Positions 12,030 through 25,000 of a stretch of 64,000 nt of DNA are shown one piece after another (the stretch's first letter is position 1; every line of letters starts with the position of its first letter). Position numbers and translations under genes: made by a program. The notes under the pieces are model-generated. The model searched no databases. It worked only from the letters and a program-made list of their open reading frames with translations, and had not been told where the DNA came from. Source of the stretch: the human T2T-CHM13v2.0 reference genome, Homo sapiens. The stretch lies in NCBI RefSeq assembly GCF_009914755.1, contig NC_060928.1, one strand, 5' to 3'.

Positions 12030-13405
12030 TGTTTTATTTTTTAATGGATATTTTACATTATAGAAATACACCCATTTTAACAAGCAAACATTAGAGAACA
12101 CAAAAAAGTTAACAATATTCTTATGCTTCCTTCAGTTCCACTCTACTCTGATAATTAGTATTAACATCATTCTTCCATATTTTTCTCTGTGTTTATACAA
12201 ATATAAGTAGAGTATATATACAATATATGTGTGTATATATATATACTAATACACAAAATATTTTTCTTTCTTTTTAAAATATATATATATTTTAAATTAA
12301 ATATTTAATATTAAAACAAATATTGTATTATATATAACTCTGCTATTTGGTTATTTTGCATTTATGAAAAAATCTCTGACTATTCCTTCAGTTCATACAT
12401 ATTGCTCTAATTATTTTAAATAGCCAAATAATATTTGAAAATTATGAATGGACCAAATTTACTTTGTGAAAGAAAAATAAATCTTAGGGCCCAAAATCTC
12501 GAAGCTAAAGGGCAAAGTCAAGCTGGAAACTGCTTAGGGCAAACCTGCTTCCCAATCTATTCAAAGTCACCCCTTTGTTCATGGAGATAAATGCATATCT
12601 GATTGCCTCATTTGGAGAGGCTAATCAGAAAGTCAAAAGAGTGCAACCATTTGCCTCTTATCTACCTATGATCTGGAAGCTCCCTACCCACTTCAAGTTG
12701 TCCTGCCTTTTTCAGACCAAACCAATGTTTGTCTTACATATATTGATTGTTGTCTCATATCTTCCTAAAATGTATACAATCAAACGGTGCGCTGACCACC
12801 TTGGGCACATGTCATCAGGACCTCCTAAGGCGTGCATCCTCAACCTTGGCAAAATAAACTTTCTAAATTAACTGAGACTTGTCTCAGATTTTCAGGGTTC
12901 ACAACTTAATCATTTCTCTATGATGGAATAGCAAGTTGTTTCTAATTACTTTTTCTTCTTGATGTCACTACAATCAATGCACAATAGAAATACCTGTCTA
13001 GATATATTCTTACATACTAGTATTTTATTTATATAGAATAGATTTACCAACGTTAGATTGTTGGGTCCAAGGGTATGGACATTAAAACTTTTAATAGTGC
13101 TTCTTGGTTATTTTCTAAATTGGTTGCAATAATTTTCATTTCTATCAGCTATGTGTAAGAATTCTTATTTTCCTACAACTGAAGTCAGTCCTAGGTGTTA
13201 TTGGTATATTTGCCAACCAAAGAATTCCATTGTTTTAATTTGTATTTTCCTAATTACCAGTGATATTGATCATATTTCAGTATGTTCATTATTCATTTGC
13301 TTTTCTCTTCCGTAATTGTTCATTCTGGTTCTTGACTGATTTTTCATTATGGGTGTCTTTTCCCTTTCCCATTTGTAGTAGTTCTTTGTCTAGTTAGCAT
13401 TTTAA
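12030..13405 (-). mobile_element. Very old L1 (L1ME-like) remnant, split by MER4A
   Basis: T-rich antisense L1 blocks: gttgtttctaatt, gattgttgggtccaagggtatggacatt, ttgttttaatttgtattttcc. Confidence 0.5.
12465..12903 (+). mobile_element. Solo LTR, MER4A/MER4A1 (ERV1)
   Basis: Runs TGTGAAAG...aagctaaagggcaaagtcaagctggaaactgcttagggc...AATAAA...gggttcACA with a perfect 4-bp TSD ACTT. Confidence 0.92.
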
Positions 13406-13409
13406 CAGG

Positions 13410-14612
13410 TAATAGGTGTCATAGAAGAAATATAGAGCAATGTAAGTGGAATCAGGGTTATGAGGTGTTAGCTGGGGAGATGGGAATTGCAATTTTAAAT
13501 GGAGTGATCAAAGGTGGGACTTATTGAAAGGTGACAATTGAGCAAGGAGTGAAGGAGGTGTAGTATGGGCCATGTGGCTTATTGGGGAAAGAGCATTCCC
13601 TGTAAAGGTAGCCAGTGCAAAATCTCTAAGGCTAGAGCTTGTGTGGTTTTTCCAACATACAGCAAGAAGGAAAATATGGCTGGAGTTGGGGGAGTAAGAA
13701 GGGGGATTGTAGCAGATTAAACCAGAAAGGTAAAAGAGAGCCAGTTCAAGGAGGTTCGTGGGCATTGTAAAAACTTTGCATTTTACTCTGAGTGAATGGG
13801 GGTTTTCAGCAAAGGAGGGATATGATGTGACATAGTTTGGAAAGATCACTCTCGTTGGTGGGTTTAGAACAGCCTGTAGGGAAGCATATGTAAAGGTACT
13901 GAGACAGTTTAAGAAGCTCTTGAAATTATGCAGGCTAGGGATGCTAGTGGTTTGGACAGAATGGTAGTGAGGGATGTGGAAAGAAAAGGTGGGATTCTGG
14001 GCATAATTTGAATTTAGCCAGTAGGAGGGAAAAGGGAAAGAGAGAAAAAGCTCAAGGATGCCTCCAAGTTCTTTCAGATTAAGAAACTGGAAATAATAAA
14101 GTTGCCCTTTATTGAGACAGTGTATTAGTCTGTTCTCATGCTGCTATGAAGAAATACCTGAGACTGGGTAATTTACAAAGGAAAGAGGTTTAATTGACTC
14201 ACAGTTCTGCATGGCTGGAAAGGCCTCAGAAAACTTACAATCATGGCGGAAGGCGAAGGGGAAGAAAGGCACCTTCTTCACAGGATGGCAAGAAGGAGAA
14301 GTGCCGAGTAAAGGGGGAAGTCCCCTTGTAAAATCATCAGATCTCTTGAGAACTCACTCAAAATCTTGAGAACAGCATGGGGGTAACTACTCCCATGATT
14401 CAATTACCTCCCACTGGGTCCCTCCCACAACACCTGGGAATTATGGGAACTACAATTCAAGATGAGATTTGGGTAGAGACATAGCCAAACAATATCAGAC
14501 AGGGAAGACCAAAAGAAGAGCAAATTTAGACTAGTCTTAGGAGATTCTTACTTGGGATGTCTTTTAGACTTCTCAAGTAGACATGTTGATTAGGTAGATG
14601 AATACACAAGTC
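13410..14612 (-). mobile_element. L2 (L2a-like) fragment interrupted by THE1D
   Basis: Purine-rich antisense L2 blocks: aaggtgacaattgagcaag, ggggaaagagcattcc, ttttactctgagtgaatggg, aagatcactct. Confidence 0.7.
14121..14497 (-). mobile_element. Solo LTR THE1D (MaLR)
   Basis: tgtattagtctgttctcatgctgctatgaagaaatacctgagactggg...agccaaacaatatca with a perfect 5-bp TSD GACAG. Confidence 0.92.
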
Positions 14613-14880
14613 TTAATCAAAATGAACCTTTTGCTAAACACTTTGCATGCGTTATCTCATTTAATCCTCTCCTTAACACAATTAGGAAGGAGCTGTTATT
14701 CCCTGATCCTCGGTTAAGTTAAATTTGATGATAATCAACTTGTTCCTTAAAAATAATCTGTAAATTATTCATTATGCTCACATGAATTTTATCATAAATT
14801 TATTGTTCTGGCTTTTAAAATATAAATGTATTTAAAGGTGTTGAGATGTTACATTTGTATATATTGTGTGTGTGTTTTAT

Positions 14881-15195
14881 CTTTTCTTTTCTTTTTTGAG
14901 GTCTCCCTCTGTCACACAGGCTGGAGTGTAGTGGTGCAATCACAGCTCACTAGCCTCAGCCTTCCAGACTCAAGAGATCCTCCCACCTCAGCCTCCTGAG
15001 TAACTGAGACCACAGCAGCTGGGACTACAGGTGCATGTCACCATGCTCAGCTAATTTTTTCTTTTTTTATCTTTTAATACAGATGGGGTTTCACCATGTT
15101 GCACAGGCTGCTCTGAAACTCCTGGACTCAAGGGATCCACTTGCCTCAGCCTCCCAAAGTGCTAGGATTACAGGTGTGAGCCACTGAGCCCAGCC
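14881..15195 (-). mobile_element. AluJ
   Basis: Antisense Alu with J-type ctcaagagatcctcccacctcagcc and a small internal duplication near 15000-15029. Confidence 0.92.
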
Positions 15196-15976
15196 ATGTT
15201 TTCTTTCTTGCACTAAGCTCCTGAGGGTACAGAGCTACCTAATTTTGAATTCATGGGAGTTGTACATGAATTCAAATATCAACTTTTCAATTTAAAATAG
15301 AAATAAGTTCAAATATAGACTCCAAAGGGCAAACAGCTAAGGCAAAAAAATGTGATCAGGTAGACGAAAATGTTTTCATTGGAAAAAAACAGTCATGGAA
15401 GATCATATTAGTGAAAATATAGTATGTGTGATCTGGGGTTCTTTGTTTTGTTTTGTTTTGCTTGCTGTTTATTTGTTGCTGTTGTTAATGACTGGAAATT
15501 GAAGAAGAGGAAGGAAGCCTGAATATTCAGAGAATTGTTCAGAAGTACAGAAAAAAAGCCTCAAGATCAGTAAAAAACAATGATCAATGACATATTTTAA
15601 CTCAAAGCATAAAATAGACATTAAGCATTGACAGCTATAAAGCAGAAACTTCTAAATTAAAAAGAGCAACTAACAAGTCCCAGGAAAATCAAGAAAATTC
15701 CATTAAGTTTAAATCTATTAAAGTTTCATAGAAACCAGGATATGTCAATGAATGATTTATAATAGTTAAATGTTAATGGATTAGGCAATTAATTGTACGC
15801 AGATATCTTTAAATCTTACTTTCTGTATTATTTCATAATTTCAGTGATGTTTAAATGCTTTATTTAACTACTTTAACACTGACTTAAGATATTAGTTAAT
15901 AAAAACAATAAGCCTGCAGATTTGGGGCATGGCAGCCACACAGAGGAGAGCAATGTAGACAAGGAGACCAAAAATC

Positions 15977-17024
15977 TGAAACTGCCTTTATAAAAATTAT
16001 AACTGAGAAAACTATGACAGTGAAAGATATCTGACCTAACTGATCCCATCTTTCTTCTAACCTCCAAGCTGACCTTATTCACTCCTGGATGTAGGCCAAA
16101 CTAACTTTGGAAGAATTTAGTTTATAGTTTAACTTTGAAACAAAGATGATAACAACCTGATATGGTTTGGCTGTGTCCTCACCCAAATCTTATCTTGAAT
16201 TGTACTCCCATAATTCCCATGTGTTATGGGAGCTACCCAGTGGGAGATAATATGAATGATGGGGGTGGTTTCCCCCATACTGCTCTTGTGGTAGTAAATA
16301 CGTCTCCTGAAATCTGATGGTTTTATCAGGGGTTTCCGCTTTTGCATCTTCCTCATTTTCTCTTGCGGCCGCCATGATTCTGAGGCCTTTCCAGCCTTGC
16401 AGAACTGTAAGTCCAATTAAACTTCTTTTTCTTCCCAATCTCAGATATGTCTTTATCAGCAGCATGAAAATGAACTAATATACAACCCTTTCCCAAAATA
16501 AACCCCCTTCTACCTGGGGACCAGACTGCCTCTATAGGACTAATAAATTATCCACAGAATTAGAAATTATGGTTTAGGAGTCATGCAGCCAGAGACATCA
16601 AGATTCGAAATCTCCCCAGTTGCTCCTAGGGATAACATCACTATTGTAAAACCCAGGAAGAGATATTTTACAGACCCTGAACTCAATGTGTCGGCTGGAG
16701 CCACCCAGATCAATAAACTGATTCATCTGGTCTTGTGGCCCCCACCCAGGAACTGACTCAGCACAAGAGGGCAGCTTCAAATCTGTATGATTTCATCTCC
16801 AACCTAACCAATCAGCACTACCCATGTCCCAATCCCCTACTCATCAAATTATCCTTAGCCCTGATCCCTGAATTTTCAGGGAGACAGATTTGAGTAAGAA
16901 TAAAACTGGTCTCTCATTCAGCTGGCTATGCCTGAAATAAATCCTTTCTTTATTACAATTCCTCTGTCTTGATAAGTTGGCTTTGTCTAGGTAACAGGCA
17001 AGGAGAATCCATTGGGCTGTTAAA
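15977..17024 (+). mobile_element. Solo LTR of the LTR8 family (ERV1), split by THE1A
   Basis: Begins tgaaactgccttt...gacagtgaaagatatctgacctaac...cttctaacctccaagctg, resumes after 16487 and ends caaggagaatccattgggctgtta. No clean TSD. Confidence 0.85.
16158..16482 (+). mobile_element. Solo LTR THE1A (MaLR) nested in LTR8
   Basis: tgatatggtttggctgtgtcc...ggggtttccgcttttgc...gaactaatata with a perfect 5-bp TSD CAACC. Confidence 0.92.
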
Positions 17025-17030
17025 AGTGGG

Positions 17031-17849
17031 TGTGATATAATAAAAAATACATTCTTTGTCTCTGGTTCCTGGCACAGAGCTTCTGATACCCTTGGAATTT
17101 CTTAAGCGATAAGAATGACTGTCTCTTGTTATTTTAACTATACAGTCCTCTGGACTACACCTAAGTTATGCTAATGAAGTCTGTCAGGGTGGAATCCATG
17201 GAGAGCTTCAGGGTGGGGCCGCCAGAAAGATCAAATTTGTGATTAGAAGGTAAGAACTTTCAGCTCCATTCCCCAATCTCCAGGAAGGGGAGGGAGCTCC
17301 CCAATCTCCAGGAAGGGGAGGGAGCTGGACATTGGGATGTAAATACTCTTAAAAAATTTATGTCTACTGGGTTCTGTATGGATATAAATACTCTTGAGCA
17401 AGGAGATTTGGAAAGCTTCCTGGTTGGTAACACATTGATGTGCTGGGAAGATGGCAGGTTTGTTAAGGGCGAGGACGCTGTGTGACAGCATCCCCATGCC
17501 TCACCCTTTGGATTCTTTTCATCTGGCTGTTCCTGAGTTGTATCTTAATAATAAACTGGCAACATGTGTTTCCTGAGTTCTGTGAGTCCTTCTCATGAAT
17601 TACCAAACCTGAGGATGGGGTTGTGGTAACCTCTGAATTTGTAGCATGTTGGTCAGAAGTATGGGTGGTCACTGGACTTATAACTGGCCTCTGAAGTGTG
17701 GGCAGTCTTGTGGGACTGAGGCCTTAACATGTGGGGTCTGTACTAACTTCTGGTAGTGTCAACACCAAATTGAATTATTGGACACATAGTTGGCATGGAG
17801 AGTTGTGGGAAAAAAACTACGCATTTGTGGTCAGAAAAAAGATGTCACA
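17031..17849 (+). mobile_element. Solo LTR of the MER21 family (MER21C-like)
   Basis: tgtgatataataa...ggttcctggcacagagc...cccttggaatttc...aataaactgg...gatgtcaca, with a near-TSD gtggg/ctggg. Confidence 0.8.
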
Positions 17850-18845
17850 CTGGGTATAATGGATGCTTAAATGAACTCAAGCAAGCAGCATTATTCCTAG
17901 AAGGAACAGTGAGCCCAGAGGAAATAATTAGGCTCCAGATTAGCCTTGTAAATTCAGACCAATAAAGTTATGGCAAATATCACACATATTTGTACCTCTG
18001 AAGCTCCATTAAACAAATACAGAAGATTCAAGATCTTCTATTTTTTATTCCAAATAGGAAGAGATAAATATCAATTATATTATTTTATTGATGTTTTATT
18101 GATCATTTTAGTTATGCAACTTTTATTCACTCACTCAACAAATATTTATTGAAGTTTGCTGCAGGCCAAGAACTATTCTACGTACTTCTTATGGTATATT
18201 TCTTACTGTAAAAAACTAGTTGGTGGCACATTTTTCTAGTAATGTATAGAGTTTTGCTGAATTTTACATGAGTGCTTCTAAGAAAAGAGAAAATTATTAA
18301 AATTTGAAGTATTTTAAGGTTTTAGAGTAAATGACTTACCTAAGAAGCGTGATTTGAACTCAGGGAGTCTGACTCAAGAAACCACACTCTTAACCATAAT
18401 ACTGATTTTAAATGGTGTCACTGAGATAGTGGATGCTCTTCACTTCTAAATAAATAAGAACTTTTGCTATCACCTTTGCTCAAAAGGGTAGGTATGAGGT
18501 GCCCTGAGCCCATGGATGAAAAGGTATTTCACCATCCTTTAATGAATTATAATTTATAATAAAGAAAGGAAAAATTACTATTACATAGAGATAAAGTAAG
18601 TCCTTGTTTTCTGGAACATTTTTTAATAGCCTGAAGTTGAATCAGGTTTAGTAATGATATCTTGAATAACAGAAGTATTGGTGGTCCCCTAAGGGAATAT
18701 CTTCTAATATATTGCCTGGACTTCTAGATGTTTATTAGATATTAATAGCTGCTTAAGCCAAACTCCTTCACACAGCCTCTGAAATCATTATAGATCAACA
18801 AGAAAAGCAAATAAAATCCTTATTAAGTACCAGTAGCATAAATAG

Positions 18846-19215
18846 TGTCTTAGTCTTCTTGAGTTGCCATAAGGAAACAGCATAGATTGGGTGTAAACAA
18901 TGGGTATTTATTTCTCACAGTTCTGAAGGCTGGGAAGTTTGTGAGCAAGGTGCCAGCAGGTAGGTTTCATTCTAAGGCCTCTTTTCAAGGCTTGCAGTGT
19001 GCTCAAATGACCTCTTCTTTGTGCATGTGTGGAGAGAGACAGCAAGCTCTCTGGTGTCTCTTTTTATAAGGGCACTAATCCTATTGTACCAGAGCCCCAC
19101 CCTTATGACTTCACTTAACCTTAATTACCTCCTAAGGGCCCTATCTCCAAATGCAGTCACATTGGGGTTTAGGAGTTCAACATACGAATTTAGGGGGACA
19201 CAATTCAGTCCCACT
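18846..19215 (-). mobile_element. Solo LTR MLT1A-type (MaLR)
   Basis: tgtcttagtc...tttatttctcacagttctgaaggctgggaag...aagggcactaatcc...gggggacacaattcagtcc. Confidence 0.85.
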
Positions 19216-21770
19216 GTTGTGTTCTAAAACAAAGTATGATGTAGCACAGCAAAAAATGAAAACAAAAAAGAGAAATCATCAAATGGTTTGGATCTTAAAA
19301 TAAATATTATTTTGCATTTTAGTATGCTGGTATTTTCTGTCATAATTGAAAACCCTGATCTGGTAATATAAAGAAAATAAAGGAACTTACATGGTTAGAA
19401 CAATGAAAATAACTGGACTTGGAAAGCAGAAATGTCCCTGACATAGAAATATTTCCTAGATGTGAAACTGAAAAGTGATTCTCTAGTTCAGTTGTCTTGG
19501 AAAGAGGGGTGATGTGTGATTTAAATAATTATGATCCAATTTAACTAACAGAGCAGAATATTTAGAATATGAAGTGACAGCTAGAGTCTTATGTCAATAT
19601 AAATACTAGCAAATGATATAAAATACTAAAAAGAGGAATAAAAAGGTATTCAAAACAAATCCTCAATGTAACCTGCCTACTCTCTAAACTCATATTTGAA
19701 CAGAGACATAAGTAATATCCCAAGCCAAAGCCTACAAGGGATGAAAACTCAACTCACTGAGGATATTACATTTAAATTTTCAATTTACGTGAAGGAATAA
19801 AAACAGAAAGATTCAAACCAAAGCCAAATTGAATTTTCCAAACTCTAGTCTCTTCATTTCCCCCATTATTTCTTCACTTAGTGCATTTACACAAATTCCT
19901 GTCAGAGTAGCACAGAGAGTTGTGAATTTGGTATTTCCAAATTGCCCTGAAAACTAGAATTTTACTAATGCAATACCTTCTATTATATTAACTGGCTTTG
20001 AAACTGCTTCAAATTTAAGCCACAGAAATGGAATGTACTGCCATGGAGGGTCTGTATATTGAATTATCAACTCAGAGATGTTTTCAGCATAAACTCTGAA
20101 GCCTTCTGCAAAAAGAGAGCAACTCCTTAGAGTTACCACACACAGAAAGGACAGATTTAAAATTCATTCAGCTGGCTGCAGGTTGTCTGTGGCCTGCCTG
20201 GGGCCTCCTACAGACCTCCAAGCAAGCTCTGTGCCACCACAGCTTTTATCAAAGACATTTCCATGGAAGTAAAAGCTGAGTGATTTCCAGTCTCTAGACA
20301 CACAAATTTTATGCTGGTACCAGTACTTCCCAGAAAAATGCTAAGTTGATTCTTGGGAAAATTCTAATTTGGTATTCTTTTCAACATCTCCCAAACACTT
20401 TCTGGCATACAGTAATAGCCTTACAAGTGATTTCTACATTGAATCCAAGAGTTTATGCAAGCATAAAGTATTCAAGGCAGACAGAACAAAAGGTGTACTC
20501 TAAATATCTTCTTGGACCTTCTGGATAAGGTAGGCCTCAAAATATGGAAATATGTGTTTATCCCATGGGCGTTGTTTGCATGGAAGAGGCTTTTCTGAAA
20601 TGTGCTTTACAGAGCCTGGTTCAAAGCACAAGTTGTCCCAAAGCTCCTTGTCTCAAATCTCTGTGAATTTATCCATCCAATAAAACTTAATTTCATCTAA
20701 TATATTACATATAAATAAATAAGATTGAGAGACTGCTTTCTTAGTGTGGAAAGAGAAGAAACTTAGTCTATTGTCCAGAAACCCAATGTGACTTTGATGT
20801 TTATTAGTTTGAAGACATGTAATTTCTGAAAAACTAACAAATTTGAATTGCAAATAAATTAGTAAAATTTATGAAAAAAATTATGATTGGTCTATGATGT
20901 TTTGCCTGTCATTAAAAATACTTATTCATCAGTGCTGCTGCTTGTTTAGTGAAAAGAAAAATACTTTTATTTAGCTCTTCAAACTATAAGGTTCTCTTCT
21001 ACTTAACAAAACAATATGAATGGACGGAAGATACATTTTCAGGGATGTCTGTCTTTATGAAAAGGTGTGAGATAAACTTAACTTACCGCAACTGTATAAA
21101 TGATTCTTTCTTCTGCCTTTCCAGAATAGTTTAATTTAGAGTCAGGTAAGAAGGGGGTTAAAAATAAAGAGGCCAAAAGAATTGTAAGAATGCCTATGAT
21201 ATCATAAAAGAGATCATTTTAGTTTTCACTTAGCACATACATAGTACAACTAAAACATCTGCCTGTCACTCCATAAACATTCCTACACTTCTCTTCCTTT
21301 TACGAGAAAAAAAAATGGAGCTTTAAGGGACTTTTAATAGCCAGCAGCTGTTTGGCTGCTCAATGTTGCATCTGGAAGAGAGTATGCTACTCACATGGAG
21401 AAAAAAAGACAAAAGTATTGTTTAATTTTCTTAATGTCCACCAATGCTTTACATAAAGGACGTTTGAATGACTTGAATATGAAGAAAGACACAGAGCTCC
21501 TTAAGTGCATCTGAAATCCACCATATCATTACCAGAAGGCATGAAAAACTGATGGCATTCGATCCTGTTTAATATTAGGTTGAATGACTGCTGTTGTGAA
21601 TGAATTTAATGCCAGGTAAAAGGGTCACTTCATGAGAACACAAAGTCATCTCATTCTTCTGAGATGAGCTCTACTTCAGATTAAAATGAATCATAGTCAT
21701 TTTTCTTGCATGGTTATAATTATAATTTTCTGAATGCATAATCCATTTTTTTTAAAAAAAGACATTCTTC

Positions 21771-22084
<314 letters not shown>

Positions 22085-25000
22085 TTACAATATTACCACA
22101 GGAAAGCATCTGCTTTAGAAAAATTAAAATATTAAAATGAGGAACTGGTATTACAAGAGTACTTCAAAAAAAGGATGACCCCAGGATCATACATGTTGAG
22201 TGGGACTGCTTTCATAATAACAATATACTTCAAAACTGTGTTAAAGGGAAATATAAAAACTATAAAACATCATGTTTACTTTGATAATCCCCCATACTGA
22301 CAATCAAAAGTATTCCTTCCGCTCCTTTATTTTCCTTTGAAAGGAAACCTGGTGTGGCAACCATAATATCAATACGTAGGACCGAAAGCACTTCAATGAG
22401 AAAGGAGTCAGTTCAGGAGTGATAGAGGGAAAGATGACTCAGGTGCTCACTATTCTCTTCCTGTCCTGTTGGCTCTCGCCTCTTGTCTTTATTCTTCTTT
22501 CCCACTTCCCTCAGACAAAGACATGGACCGCGGCCCCTGCCTCACTGCCTCATCCCTCATCCTTCCTTCTGCACTTCCGGGTATATACACCCTAGAAGGC
22601 AACTTGAAAACCAGCTTCTGAACATTTTAGATTACTATTAAAGAACCTAACCCTATCTATTTCTTTCAGAAATACAAATTTTTAACCACTGTAGAAAAAA
22701 TGTTAACTACTAAATTCTACATAATTTTCATCATTGTTAAATAGAACTAAACAGTAAATTGCATTGCTGGCTGTGGAGAAGTGGCAAGAGAATGGGACTC
22801 AGGAGCTCACACAAAGTCCTCAGAATTCTCCATGTAGAAGGAAATGGCTTGTGAATATGGAGAGGTGGCCGGGTGAGGATTGCCCCTACCTCTTAGAAAT
22901 AATAGGTTTCTCCCTTCCTTTCTTTTTCCCTTCCTTCTTTCTTTCTTGTCTACACGGTGAAATTTTGCCAAGCATATGCTTCTGCTACCAAAGGAGGATG
23001 GGTATCATCTTTCCTAGAAGTTGTTCAACATCACATCATATATTTTTTGCTTCTGTAATGCCTATAGTATCTTAGAGGTTGTCAGTATAATAACTTCATC
23101 CTTAAATGACTCCTGTGATGTAAATTTCAATTTTACTAATATTTTATTCAAATGTATATAAAACAGATCAATGCTTATTGTAGACCCACAGTCTTTGAGG
23201 GGAGTATTCTGCTGCATGTCGAGTCTTTCCGTTGAGGTAGGTAAAATCATATTGACAAGGAGAGACTTACACACCCAACACAGTTCTAGAATAATAAAGT
23301 ATAGTGCACAGGAAAATGCTAAATTATATACAATTGAAGGCTAAAATGCTTGTTAAAGATACTGAATGTAATTGATTGAGGTGAATGGGAGAAATCAATA
23401 TTTCTATATTTATTTGAAATTCAGATCTTTTCCCTTTCCAATTAATTTTAAACACTATTGTTAGAGTAGCCTATTGGAAATCCTTGGCTCAAAATTCTTA
23501 ATGGTACCCCTTGTCAAGTCATGATTTTCATATTGAAAGTACAGATGGGCCTCTTTTAATGAAAACGTTCTCATAGAGAATCTGAGAATATGACTCCAGA
23601 CACACAGGATCTCAGAACCCTAGTTTAAGAAATACTGACTTGAGAACTTGATCATTATTATTTCTTGAAATTATCTTTCACTTGAAAGGTATCACAAAAT
23701 AGAAGTTTTGTCTTTATAAACAGAAATATTGGCCTGTAGAATAAATTCTCAGCTATTTAGTCTCTCACTCAAGAGAGAGTATCAACTGAGTTTCCTTCTT
23801 TTTACTACACACCACCTGTGGAAGCCAAAACAAACTGTTAGTTGATCCAGACACAAATACGTGACTTTCCTACCACCACGTCTTTGTACACATTCTGCCT
23901 TCAGCTTGGAATAGCCTTTCCTTCTATTTTTCCGTCTTTCTCCTGTTTCTCTTTACCAGAAATTAGGTTAAAGCACTTCTTCGTGTATTTCTATCCCACT
24001 CTCTGGAAATCTCACTTTCCTCAGATTTCCAAGAACAGTTTATCTGTGCCTCTTTTATGAGGCAGAGCATCCTACCATATATGATGCTTAGGCATCTGCA
24101 TGGCTTTTCACTTCTAAACTTCAAGCAGCTTGAGTATAGGGTCTGAATCTGATTCCTCTTCTGCAAGTAACAAACACAATATCTTGCATGTATTAGGTGC
24201 CACATTAAAAAAAAAAAAAAAGAAATAACTGAACCAACGAATAGAAGGAGGCTTTAAAAAAAACTTTGAAAGATTGATAGAATGTGGAAAGCGCCTAAGT
24301 AAGGGATTTTTTTTCATAAGGAACTCAGTAAACTTCTCACCCTCCTTCAGGTGAGCTAAGGATTAAGCAAATCAGGAGAAAAGATACAGCAACTCCTTCA
24401 ACTTACTGGTGGAATACAGTTGTTTCCTAGGAGAAAAATTTGTGCAATTACAGAAAAACCATCCACCAAGGCTTGTCAATGGAAATTTACAAATACTTTA
24501 AAAATCAAATTATCTTCATAACCTACCATGACTTTTGCCCTCTGGATAGCAATAAAAGAAAATATGTTCAGATAGATAGGCCATACTGTTACCCGTCATC
24601 TTTTCCTTTTCTATTCTATATAGCTCCATTCAGACAGCTTCTCTTCTACTCTTAATACACTATCATTGCCACAAAGCAGAAGTGCTCTAATTAGAATATT
24701 AGTATTAGAAGCATATAATCTCCAAATAAACTGTTATTACCTTTCAGAATCTTCAGATTGATTGGTGAACATTACCAGTTTATCGTCGTGTTTCTCATTT
24801 TTGTTCATGAGCCATCCACATGGAATCTAAAAGAAAAAAATATGAAGGACATGAGGCTCAGATGTACGTCAAGGGAAGTTAACTATGTCAGTCACCAAAG
24901 GAGAAAACCACCTGTTAAATGCATTTTTCATCAAAAGCCATGTTTTTATTCTCATGTCTTGTTTTCAGCCCTGCCAGACCTGAGAAGACAGACCACAAGC

